DNA of 64,000 nucleotides from Octopus vulgaris (Eukaryota): the NCBI GenBank assembly GCA_951406725.2, contig OX597832.1, positions 2,604,001 to 2,668,000 on the forward strand. Direction: 5' to 3'. This document shows, piece by piece, positions 24,194 to 64,000 of the stretch. Made by a program: the position numbers and the translations under genes. Position 1 is the stretch's first letter; each line of letters starts with the position of its first letter. The notes under the pieces were generated by a model that was not told the DNA's origin, searched no databases, and saw nothing but the letters and a program-made list of their open reading frames with translations.

Positions 24194-25715
24194 AATTGCT
24201 GAGTCACTATCAGAACTGGAGGAGAAGTTTCAGGTGTGGAAACAAGGATTAGAATCGAAGGGCCTTAGAGTCAATCTAGCTAAAACCAAAGTCGTAATCA
24301 GTAGGAAGGTAGACAAATCACAAACGCCTTCAGGTAGATGGCCCTGCTCGATCTGTAGAAAAGGTGTAGGTAGAAACTCTATAAGATGCACCAAGTGTAA
24401 GCTATGGACACATAAGAGGTGCAGCAATGTCAAAGGACGGCTAACTAGGAAGAAGGTTTTTGTATGTGGCAGATGCTCAGGAACAATAAACACTGAAAAT
24501 GCTCTGAGACCAACTTCCGTCACTTTCCAGGGAGAAAAACTAGAAATAGTTGATAGCTTCCGTTACCTAGGTAACCAAGTCAGCAGCAGGGGTGGGTGTG
24601 TTGAAAGTGTAACTGCTAGAGTAAGAATAGCTTGGGCAAAGTTCAGAGAGCTCTTACCTCTGCTGGTGACAAAAGGCCTCTCGCACAGAGTAAAAGGCAG
24701 ACTATATGATGCGTGTGTATGAACAGCCATGCTACATGGCAGTGAAACATGGGCCGTGACTGCTGAGGATATGCGTAAGCTCGCAAGAAATGAAGCCAGT
24801 ATGCTCCTATGGATGTGTAATGTCAGTACTCATACTCGACAGAGTGTAAGTACCTTGAGAGAAAAGCTGGACCTAAGAAGCATCAGTTGTGGTGTGCAAG
24901 AGAGACGTTTGCGCTGGTATGGGCATGTGGCAAGAATGGATGAAGATAGTTGTGTGAAAAAGTGCCACACCCTAGCGGTTGAGGGAACCTGTGGAAGAGG
25001 CAGACCCAGGAAAACCTGGGACGAGGTGGTGAAGCACGACCTTCGAACTTTAGGTCTCACTGAGGAAATGACTAGAGACCTCGACCTCTGGAAGTATGCT
25101 GTGCGCGAGAAGACCTGGCAGGACAAGTGAGACCATAACCCGTGGCCTTCTACACGGGATATAGCTAGTCCACTTATGCATACCTTCCCTTCTTGGGACA
25201 CAAAACTCTACTTGTGAAGACCTGTTGAGGCAAGTGAGGATCATAATCGAAATCGATCAATGGAAATTGCAGCTGAGTTACCAGTTCCGGTGGCACGTAA
25301 GAGAACCATCCGTTCGTGACCGTTGCCAGCGCCGCACCGACTGGCCTCGTGCTGGTGGAACGTAAAAAGCACCATCCGTTCGTGTCCGTTGCCAGCCTCG
25401 CCCGGCCCCCATGCCGGTGGCACGTAAAAGCACCATCCGCTCGTGTCCGTTGCTAGCTTCGCCTGGCCCCCGTGCCGGTGGCACGTAAAAGCACCATCCA
25501 TTCGTGGCCGTTTGCCAGCTCCGGGTGGCACGTAAAAAGCACCCACTACACTCCCGGAGTGGTTGGCGTTAGGAAGGGCATCCAGCCGTAGAAACACTGC
25601 CAGATCAGACTGGGCCTGATGCAGCCTTCTGGCTTCACAGACCCCAGTTGAACCGTCCAACCCATGCTAGCATGGAAAGCGGACGCTAAATGGTGATGAT
25701 GATGATGATGATGAT
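24194..25715 (+). mobile_element. RTE LINE 3' half (RT C-terminus with PHD-type insert, 3' UTR, tail)
   Basis: GLRVNLAKTK, FRYLG, MLHGSETW, RLRWYGHV, RGRPRKTW; one in-frame stop at 24720-24722; (GAT)n tail. Confidence 0.93.
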
Positions 25716-25856
25716 TTTAAAATTCCGAAAATCATACAAGTTACAAGATCTGAAATGCGCATAGAGAAAAGAAAGAAATGCAAATAACTAAGATGCAAAA
25801 AAAGAAATTAATAATAAAAATAAAATCATACAGATTCCCATGAATTTGAGGCTAAA

Positions 25857-26797
25857 TTAAACAACAGAACACACTTTATGAACTTCATAAAACACATTTT
25901 TGAAATCATACTTTCTAATACATTTTATGAAGGTCATAAAAGTATTACTGCTGTTGTAACGTCGCCAACAAAATTCATGCAAATATGTTGAAAACAAATT
26001 ATCGGACGTTCCATGCATCATCCGATAATTTGATTTCACGTGACTCCACATCCCTTCCACAGTGTTTGTGTGGATTGAGGCATTGTTGGGATACTGTGAC
26101 ACTGTAGTTCACAGTCAAATGGTTGGGTAGGCTATTATATTCTCTCCGGGAATCTGTGATAATCTTAGTTCCTGGCAAAACATGGCGGGTAATAATAGGC
26201 AGCAATGTTGCTGACTTCTGTTTTCCACAGGAACTAAGACACATCCCAGACTTTCCCGTTCAACCATTCCAAAAACCCAATGACCTTCTTGATAACTACC
26301 ACGATGATGTTTCCTGTGCATGAACATGGATTCGTCGATCTCTACAACATCTTCTCCAAGTTGCACAGGGTGGTCAAAACACCACATAGCACAAACATCG
26401 CTGAAGTAATTGTACCAGTTGACAATCGCCTCTGATCCAATTCCAACTTCACTCATCACAACACTCTGTTTACATTCAATTTTTGCCCAGTAATACATCG
26501 ACTGAAGGAGACGAGTCAATGGTAGGTGTGAACCCGAGAAAAACGAGTCTTGCCTAATGCTACGAAATTGCCTGCCAACAGTACACCTCCACATTTTCCC
26601 ATCGGATACTGTATTGCGTGATGCAAGGTACATCCACTCATTACAATTGTGGATCAATTTCACAGATGCCAGGAGTTGGTTTGTTGAATCTGCGTTACTC
26701 GTTATGACAATAATGTCTCGCAGATTGTGAGATCTTTGAGTTATGTCATCATCGGAAAGGACAGATTCAATAATCCTATATCGTCCAGCCCAGCCAT
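25857..26797 (-). mobile_element. Merlin (IS1016/IS1595-like) transposase pseudogene
   Basis: VVEIDES...HWVFGMVER, TLLPIITRHVLPGTKIITD, HTNTVEGMWS...YLHEFCWR spread over three frames. Confidence 0.88.
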
Positions 26798-27899
26798 AGG
26801 GGAATCTAATGGAAGAGTATATGATGTAATTGTCTTAACAGGAATTGAGAAAATGTACAGGAGAGTCTGTTGCCAGATATGTATGTGTGCTTGTGTGTCT
26901 GTGTATGTATGTGTGTGCTTGTGAATCTGTGTTTGTGTGTACAGGCGTGTGTGTGTGCAAAATTTTGTCTGTGTTTGTGTCTGTGTTTGTGTCTGTGTGT
27001 GTGGGTGTGAGTCTGTTTATGTGTACAGGCGTGTGTGCGCAAAACGAAGATAAAATGAAAGATTTTAAGTTCCAAATGTCTCTGCATCCAAGAATTACAG
27101 GCCTGTATTTATATAATACATTTCAAAACAAATAATATAAACGAAACAAAAAAATTAATAAAAACGTATCTATGAATCTGATCATAAAATCGCCAACAAA
27201 CATAAAACAAATAAACCGAGAGAAAGAAAAAGTTAGCAACAGGAACAAAATTGTATCACTCACACACACGGACGGAACACCAACTTCTAAAGAACTTCCC
27301 CGACCCAATCGCGCGCTCTCTGTCTCGCTTTTTGAAAAATACCCCCCCCCCCCCCACATATATATTAAAATTTTTTTTACGGAAAGTGACGATCTTCTTC
27401 ATATGTAAACAAAAGCACGTGCTCCAGTTTGACAGTAACGGTACTTATACCGTAATTTAGCCTAAAAGAATATGTTACATAAATAAATAAATGATTTATT
27501 TCGATCTTGTTATGTCATTGAAAAAAGTCAAACTAATTCTTCTCTAAACAAAGCGATATTGAAATTCAATCGGGGAAAAATCTTAGGAAAGACATTACAA
27601 GCCGGCATAAAAAAAAAAATTTCGTCAGCTGCCAAACAAACAGATAATAAATTCGAAAAAGAAACGTGTTAATAAAATCCATCGAAAATGAACTCTCCCG
27701 AAGAACCTGAAGGCATGAAAAGGAGTTGATCCACACTGAACGCTAAAATGATTTTAAAATAGCGCTATCGTTTTTCAAAATTTCTCACAGTAGTCAAAAG
27801 GATAATCGCTAACAAAAAGCTAATTATATTCTTATCTGAATCCTTGAAGTTTTCTAACTATTCACCTTTAATATTTATAATATTAAGGGTTTTAGTACA

Positions 27900-29582
27900 A
27901 TGGATCGGAATAAGCTTCAATCTCAGATTTCTTTTCTTCAAGATGTAACTTTATCCCTTCAGTTCTTACTTCCGTTCATCGGACTGAGTACTTTACGCGA
28001 TTGGGAAATCTTGTCCCTTTTCGGATGCCGTAAATCCAATGTTCCGTTAATCCCAGACTCGGAAAATGTACGCCTCGCACAATTTCCTTTATTTCCGTGC
28101 CGAGAGATGTGCAAAAATATTGAATATGTGGATAATCTTTTAAAAGATATTCAGACTTGCTTAAAGCAAACGATTATTTGGGCAGCAATTTTTGTTCTTA
28201 TGTGTTCTATATATTGCTATCTGAGCAAGATTTGTAAATTAGAAAAGCGAGTAAACTTATTGAACATCTGGTTAAAGACATCAACGACTGGCTTCTGCTT
28301 ACAAGTATTTTATTATAGATATAGTTTTAAATCATTTCTAAAGTTTGTCAGTTTTGTATCTCGTTCTCTTTTGTTATTCGGCAAATGGACAAAATCAGTT
28401 ATTGGTGGGCAACTGTACAACGATATTATTGATTACATCCCTATGATTATTGATAAAGTTATTGTCTTGATTGCAATATTAATAACCACAGCAACTTTAG
28501 TGTTATTAAAAAATGTATGGAAAAGAAGGCAAGTACGGTGGAAAAGATCAATTCGCAAAAATTCGATGAAAGCTGAAACCAAAAATATTTCCCTCTTCGA
28601 TATTTCGGCTGCCTCGTTAGACTGTGATGTTTTAAATTTAAAGAATCAAATGATATTAGCAGGTCAGCGACAGAGTTCGGTAAATTCAAAAGGACAACCG
28701 AAATTATTGGCAAATATATTTGCGACAGTATTTATGGATTTCATTTACAGTCAAGTAATGTTATTGTGTAGAAGTGTGGCCCGAAAACATGATCTTAACG
28801 ACAGTGAATCTATGCTTTTACGCTGGACGTGTTTCAGTATCACAAATACTTTGTATGAAGCTAAGGGAAATCTTTCTCAAAGTAGTCACAAGATCGATAC
28901 TCTTTTGAAACTTGGATCAATGCTAAACTGCAATAGTAAAACGTTTAGATTGTTGGGAAATTCGAAGGGGATAAATTCGGTGGATGTTGGTGAACAGGAC
29001 ATCTTTTTTAATATTTTCTTTGAAGAAGACCACATCATATTGAGAAGCAAAGTATTTGATATTCCTTCAATCACTTGCTCTGACGACCGTCTAACACTGA
29101 ATCATTCGCGTCATTTCCCACTTCCACAGCGATTACAAAGACGACTAACAGATTATAAAGTAATGTCATTTTATGGCTCTGCACAAAGAATTAATGAAGC
29201 AATAAAAGACTTTGAAAAGAAAGCAGTTCAGTTTCTCAAGGGTCCTTTTATAATCGAGGATAAACCAAACAAACGGTCTGAGCTACAAAAGATCACTATA
29301 ACTAAATTCAGTGAAGTAGCTACTTTATTGAAACGTCCATTAGCACAGAACAACACTGAAAACATTTTGGAATGGAAACCTGTTCAAGCTGATGTAAAAG
29401 AAAGTTTTCTGCAAAATAGGAATAGCAAACACTTGTTAAACAACATTACCTACCTTCTTCAAGGTGAGCGCGAAAGAGAAAGCAGAAAACAAGTTTCTCG
29501 AGTTAATCTGAAGAAAAAACCTGACTTTAGGGAGTCTTTCTCCGATTTAAGAGCAAAAATTGAGCACATGAGAAATAAGTAA
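27900..29582 (+). CDS. Uncharacterised intronless 560-aa protein, predicted membrane-anchored
   Basis: 1683-bp stop-free ORF in AT-rich DNA with complex sequence; hydrophobic segments at aa ~91-108 and ~187-203, the second followed by KNVWKRRQVRWKRSIRK; no TE motif recognised. Confidence 0.75.
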   Translation: MDRNKLQSQISFLQDVTLSLQFLLPFIGLSTLRDWEILSLFGCRKSNVPLIPDSENVRLAQFPLFPCREMCKNIEYVDNLLKDIQTCLKQTIIWAAIFVLMCSIYCYLSKICKLEKRVNLLNIWLKTSTTGFCLQVFYYRYSFKSFLKFVSFVSRSLLLFGKWTKSVIGGQLYNDIIDYIPMIIDKVIVLIAILITTATLVLLKNVWKRRQVRWKRSIRKNSMKAETKNISLFDISAASLDCDVLNLKNQMILAGQRQSSVNSKGQPKLLANIFATVFMDFIYSQVMLLCRSVARKHDLNDSESMLLRWTCFSITNTLYEAKGNLSQSSHKIDTLLKLGSMLNCNSKTFRLLGNSKGINSVDVGEQDIFFNIFFEEDHIILRSKVFDIPSITCSDDRLTLNHSRHFPLPQRLQRRLTDYKVMSFYGSAQRINEAIKDFEKKAVQFLKGPFIIEDKPNKRSELQKITITKFSEVATLLKRPLAQNNTENILEWKPVQADVKESFLQNRNSKHLLNNITYLLQGERERESRKQVSRVNLKKKPDFRESFSDLRAKIEHMRNK

Positions 29583-30307
29583 TTGAATATTTTTGTTGGA
29601 TAGTAAATTAATTGTAACTACACGGATCATTTCTTATTCATTGTCTTTGTAGTAGCTGTTGTATAGGTCCAAATAATTAAGATTATTGTTTGAAATGAGG
29701 ATGGAGTAAAGCAAAACGTTTTCGAGAAAGATTTTATTTTTGATTTACTTTACATCACATTATATTTGGGGTTATGGATATTGCAGCTATTTCTATGTGT
29801 AAGCTTTTGTCTTGGCTTGAGTCGAAGTATATGTGGTTTTGTAAATGTTTTCTGATGTTTTGGATGTGTAGTTGTAGAAACTAAGCCTGGGGTTGCTGCA
29901 GCCACAAATTGTACTTTTCACATACCCAGGTGGTTTTTGAGTTTTAGTATTATTTTGTTGTCTTAGGGAGGCTGTGTACAACTGTAATGATTCAAAGTGT
30001 GCTGTTGTGCGGTTTTTGTTTGTTGTCAAAAAATTTTGTATACCCCAAATTGACAACGCCAGTTCATGCTGAAATATGCAAATATGAATGTCCTGGGTCA
30101 CAAAAATTACATTTTTTTGTGAATATTCTAGGTCCTTGTAGAACATAGTTATACAATTTGTTGTTTACATACATAGCTATAAAAATATATTAAATTTATC
30201 AAGATAAACATGTTGCAAAAATAAGTACTTTTGTGAACTGTGTTCCAAATAACCTTGCCTTTTAAATGGATTTAAAACTGTGTGAGCAAAGGAAAGAACC
30301 TCTACAT

Positions 30308-30540
30308 CAGTAGTTCCCAAACTTTTTTCAGGCCATATTCCTAGCACACCACCCACACAACGTAAATATATAGACCACTTTCTGCAGCAAATTCAAAACA
30401 ACTGTATTTCACAAATAAAACTTAAACCTAATTTACCTATTAATATTTTTTTACATCTATTACCCCATTATCATCCCACTTTTCTTCAACGCCCCACTGG
30501 ATCTATCTACCACCCCCAAGGAGGCAGTACTGCTCTACAT
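30308..30540. mobile_element. Possible hAT/Charlie-like MITE remnant
   Basis: Starts cagtagttcccaaactttt, similar to hAT-Charlie TIRs; second TIR not found. Confidence 0.3.
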
Positions 30541-30714
30541 GATCGCTCAACCTACAAAAATTAACTACTAAATCTTCCAAATTTTAACTGACGATATCTT
30601 GAAAACGGATGAATATACTGCACAAAGTAATCATGTCCATAATATGCCATTAAAGTAAATAAGATTCTCAGAGCTTGAAGTTTGGTTTACAGAAATGTAT
30701 GAAGTTGATGCACA

Positions 30715-30905
30715 CGGTTTCGTCTGCCGTTACGTTGTGAGTTCAAATTCCGCCGAGGTTGACTTTACCTTTCATCCTTTCGGGGTCGATAAATTAAGTA
30801 CCAGTTACACACTGGGGTCAATGTAATCAACTTAATACCTATGTCTGTCCTTGTTTGTCCCCTCTATGTTTAGCCCCTTGTGGGTAATAAAGAAATAGGT
30901 ATTCA
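30715..30905 (+). mobile_element. SINE family A (5'-truncated)
   Basis: gagttcaaattccgccgaggttgactttacctttcatcctttcggggtcgataaattaagtaccag. Confidence 0.8.
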
Positions 30906-31007
30906 TCTTGACCAAGGGTGGGGAAACTTTCTACACAAGAGAAAAAAAAGAGGTCTATGGGCGGATCACAAGTTCTAATTCTTATATCTGTGTAGATCTT
31001 GTATATA

Positions 31008-31148
31008 TTAGGTTGTCCCAAAAGTTCGTAAACACTTGCGAAAATTGAATTTTTACTCGCCAAGTACTAACAAAAACAACAAAAATTATTCCTCAAAATA
31101 AAGACCATTATTTTCCAAGACTTTCTACGAACTTTTGGGACAACCTTA
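31008..31148. mobile_element. Mariner-derived MITE
   Basis: TA|ttaggttgtcccaaaagttcgta...tacgaacttttgggacaacctta|TA. Confidence 0.85.
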
Positions 31149-31801
31149 TATCTATGTATAATTTGATATACATTAATATAACATGTAATCATCTTCATTA
31201 ACACCGCCACTGAATTTAGGACATTTATATTACTTAAGAGGTTTCTATATTTTTCAGCTAGAGTGTAGTTGGGTCTCAAGGGGGTGGTACAAACCCAGCA
31301 GTATGTGTTTTATAGTGATAGTGAGAACAAAATTTCTATTCAAATGGCAATTACCCAACAAGTTTCTGTTCAAGTCTAACCATTTTAAGTCGTGGAAATG
31401 CAACCTATGTCGCAACCAGGCAGACGAATATTGTATAGATTTTATAATTGAAAAATTTACTCCAAGTATATCAGCCTGTGGGCAAAATAAAATGGGCTTG
31501 CGTGCGGGGATTTCCCTACCCCTGACCAAGACCTTTTGTAGGAAATATGTAGCTGAGGAGGATTGAAATACAGCAGAGATGAAAATAGAATCATATCGAA
31601 TAGTGTATGCTTGAGGTGTATAGTTAGAGTATTCATAGGAGCAGTTACTATTGTAGAAAGAGAGAATAAAGCTGATGTATTTTCATGTTTTCAAGAAAAT
31701 TCCTAGAATTAGTGATGCAGTCATAGGATGGTTTTATAAGATTTTCATGGTGTTGGAGTATTTTCTTGATGTGGTGGTTGTGTTTTGTTACTGCTGAATA
31801 T

Positions 31802-31893
31802 AATGTTACATTTAATTGTTCATTGTGTTTGATTCCTTTTTGCTTTTGCTTCCAGCGTTCAGCACATTTCTTCCTCTTGAGTTTGGTATTTGA
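31802..31893 (-). pseudogene. 92-bp duplicated fragment of the KRI1 last exon
   Basis: Matches 33481-33572 with 4 mismatches. Confidence 0.85.
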
Positions 31894-32324
31894 AAGGTAC
31901 CCTAATTGCTAAAAAGCATTTCAGATATGATTATCCTGTCTTTTTGTTTTTAGGATTAGACTGGATTGCATTATCTAATGTTTCCTGTTCTTATATAAGA
32001 TTTTGATTACCATTTCTAGCAAGTGAAATGGCTACTAAGGGCTTTAACTGATATACAGGACTTTGTCAGTTGCAAATGGAAATCGAAACCAGATATTGAG
32101 TGTTACAATCTTGTCTCTTTCAACAGCAAGAAAACACAAATGCTACTCATATCAAACATCAGACCCTTCCACTTTAATCATGAGCAGCATGCAACTATGA
32201 CCATCACAATTGCTTCAAATGCTGGGTCTCACTATAACTGGAGATCTCTCTTGGCAAAAGTACATCCTTAACATAGCTGGAACCACCAGGGAAAACTTTC
32301 ACATTTGGGATGGTGTCACTGTTG

Positions 32325-33064
32325 TATGATCCACTGGATGTGTAATGTCAGTGGGCATGCATGACAGAATGTAAGTTTCCTGAGAGAAAAGTTGGGCATA
32401 AGGAACATCAAATGTGGTGTGCAAGAAATGACTGCGCTGGTATGGTCATGTGTTACATATGAATGAGGACAGCTGTGTGAAGAAGTGCCACTCCCTAACT
32501 GTGGAAAAAGTAGACTCAGGAAGACACAAGATGAGGTGGTGCAGCATGACCTTCGAACATTGGGTCTCACAGAGGCAATGACAGGAGACTGAGGCCTTTG
32601 GAGATAAGCTGTAATATAGAAGACCCGGTAACTAAAGTGAGATCGAATGCCTGGCCAAGTTAAGAGTACCGCTGATGCGCCATGTGATATGATATGCTTG
32701 AGAAGACCTGTTGAGTCAAGTAAAACCAATATCGTAGCTGTGACCAGTGCCCCCTGACTGACTCCTGTGTCGGTGGCACGTAAAAAGCACCATCTGAACG
32801 TGGCCAATGCCAGTACCCCATGACTGGCTCTTGTGCCGGTGGCATGTAATAAGCTTCATCTGAACGTGGCTGAGGTCAGTACCCACTGACTGGCACGTAA
32901 AAAGCACCCACTACACTCTCAGAGTGGTTGGCGTTAGGAAGGGCATCCAGCTGTAGAAACCTTGCCAAATCAGATTGGAGCCTAGTGCAGCTGCTGGTTC
33001 TCCAGACCTCAGTCAAACCGTCCAACCCATGGAAAATGGACGTTAAACGATGACGATGATGATG
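32325..33064 (+). mobile_element. 5'-truncated RTE LINE
   Basis: Homologous to 24800-25715; (GAT)n tail. Confidence 0.88.
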
Positions 33065-33404
33065 AAGGTAAATGTGTTTAGGCATTTCTGAGACTTGGGA
33101 AGTATTATAATGATTGTTAAATGAATTTTATGAAAATATGAAGATCTGTTACTAATTAAAGAATGTTGCAAGCATGGGTTTATATTTTGATGTAGCTCTT
33201 AATGGTGAATTGGGTGAAATGTTAGGAAGGGAAATTATATTATACATGTATGTTTGTGAAAGTATGTGTATGTATAACTGTGTAATTAAGTATGTATATA
33301 ACAGATTGTAATGATGTCAATAAAAACAGTAAAGGAGAAAGTACTAAAATATAGAAGAAAACAAAACAAAACAATAAACCATTACAGCAAATTATCAATT
33401 GTTT

Positions 33405-62183
<28,779 letters not shown>

Positions 62184-62942
62184 CTATGAACAAGGAATTA
62201 AAGAATGTAAACAACTATTTTACCTTTATAATGTACTGGATAACAAAATGAAGCTGATGGTTTTTAAAACTAATAATAACTATGAGTAAACCTGTGCTGT
62301 TAAATATTATGCCATTTTAAAAGAAATAACATACATTCTCTATATTTAATATGGACTTGTAAGAATGAGTAAATTTTTATTGAAAATACTTTAAGAAAGT
62401 GGATCCAAAGAGACTGTACATTTTAATCACTATTAATCGCTATAAGTAGTTGAACTTGTGGATGTCTTTGTTATTTCTACCACTAAACATGATATAAAAT
62501 TTCTGTAAACAATAAATATAATTTAGATGGAAGAGAAGAAATGTGTGTGTGTGAGTGTATATATATATGTAATTTAGTTAGAGGATATGTTAATCTTGTG
62601 AAAGGATGGTTGCAGCCAAAGAAATACTGGTTCAATACTTAGTATTTTGGGGGAATGAAATTCCCTTAAAACAATAGGTATATATTTAGCATAAAGTTTA
62701 TATCCATTTAAAAGAAGAAAAGAAAATGGAGATAAGTAAGTTAATAATTGTTTATTATTAACAAATTGGTCATCTTCGCTTCTTATAGCCGTTTCAATTA
62801 ATACTCCTTAATTTAATTACAAATTTGTACATTAAATTTACATTTATGTGACAGGTTCATCAGAGAAAAAAAAAAGACATACCTCTGGATGTTATATGTG
62901 GACCTATTAATTCAGCAGACTAAATGTTATGGTTTATCAAAG

Positions 62943-63002
<60 letters not shown>

Positions 63003-63004
63003 CC

Positions 63005-63145
63005 ATTATCATAAAATATCTGTTCTCCATGCTAGCATGGATTGGACAGTTTGACAGGTTTCATGTCATGCTCCAATCTCTGTTTTGACATGCTTTCTAT
63101 AGCTGGATGTCCTTCCCAACTCTAATAACTTTATAAAGTATACTG
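63005..63145 (-). mobile_element. Diverged RTE 3' tail
   Basis: ctccatgctagcatggattggacagtttgac...agctggatgtccttcc. Confidence 0.7.
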
Positions 63146-63149
63146 GTAT

Positions 63150-64000
63150 CATATAGCTGGACCAAGTGATGAAAGTTACAGAGAGGGTCATAGCTCAAAT
63201 AATTAGGAAGAGAGTTAGTCTAGATAAGATGCAAATTGGTTTTATGCTAAGCAGATTCATTACTGATACTATATTCTTGGTAAGGCAACTGCAAGAGAAG
63301 TATTTAGCTAAAAATAAACCTCTGTACTTGGTTTTTGTCGACATGGAGAAAGTTTTTGACAGGGTCTCCTGCACCCTTATCTGGTGGTCAATGTGGAAGT
63401 TAGGGATAGTTGTGTGGTTGGTAAGAGCTGTACAAGCCATGTACAGGGATGCTGTCAGTAAAGTGAAAGTTGACAACGGGTATACAGCAATGAATTTAGT
63501 GTACAGGCAGGAGTTCATCAAGGATCAGTTCTCAACTCCCTCTTGTTCATCACAGGAATTTAAAACTGGCTGCCCCCTGGGGGCTCTTCTACGCTGATGA
63601 CCTTATTCTTATAACTGAATCACTACCAGAAGAAATTTCAGGTGTAGAAGCAAGGTTGGGAATCAAAGGGCTTTAGAGTTAATTTAAAAAAGATCAAAGT
63701 CCTAGTGAGTAGGAAGATAGACAAATGACAACTCCCTTCAGGACGATGGTCCTGCACAATATGTGGAAAAGATGTTGGTAGAAACTCCATATGACATATG
63801 CAGTGCAAGCTATAGATACATAAGAGGTGTAGCAGTAACAGAAGGTTAACAGAGAAATTCTTTGAGTGTATCAGACTAGGAATGTACAGAAAATAGACTT
63901 CCTCAAATGCCAGGGGGTAGGGTGGGGGACTTAGAAGTAGTAGATAGCTTCTGTTACCTAGGTGACCAAGTTAGTAGTGGAAGAGGATGCTCTGAAAGTG
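63150..64000 (+). mobile_element. RTE LINE RT fragment, runs off the window end
   Basis: IFLVRQLQEKYLAKNKPLYLVFVDMEKVFDRV, YADDL and a decayed PHD-type insert. Confidence 0.9.

Noticed and set aside
25857-26797. Bacterial IS1595 contamination or recent horizontal transfer
   Set aside because: It is frameshifted and embedded in host microsatellites and LINEs; eukaryotic Merlin elements explain the IS1016-like motifs
29100-29160. SOCS-box-like FPLPQRLQRRL in the orphan ORF
   Set aside because: No upstream BC-box (SLxxLCR) at the right spacing and not C-terminal; too weak to call
31650-31915. KRI1 duplicate as an alternative last exon
   Set aside because: The nearby AG acceptors give an out-of-frame or immediately terminating product when joined to the phase-2 donor at 35530

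Overview
AT-rich, repeat-dense animal genomic DNA, most likely from an octopus or another coleoid cephalopod. That assignment is inferred from the repeat landscape (TA microsatellites, tRNA-derived SINEs, a (GAT)n-tailed RTE LINE) and is not proven. Two convergent multi-exon housekeeping genes are present, both missing their 5' ends. HADHA (mitochondrial trifunctional enzyme alpha) has its last 10 coding exons on + at 2575-21202. A KRI1 homolog (ribosome biogenesis) has 13 coding exons on - from 62183 down to 33405. All exons were assembled by hand with GT-AG sites and consistent phases. Between the two genes lies an intact, intronless 560-codon ORF (27900-29582) with predicted transmembrane helices and no family I can recognise; it is the best novelty candidate. 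Introns and intergenic DNA hold many mobile-element remnants: RTE LINEs with a PHD-type finger inserted in the RT and tandem pseudoknot-like modules in the 3' UTR, Penelope-like elements with decayed hammerhead-like cores, mariner/maT, Merlin, piggyBac, a Helitron cluster, SINEs and MITEs. Several near-perfect palindromes occur at transposon junctions. Repeat boundaries are approximate, and no database searches were run.
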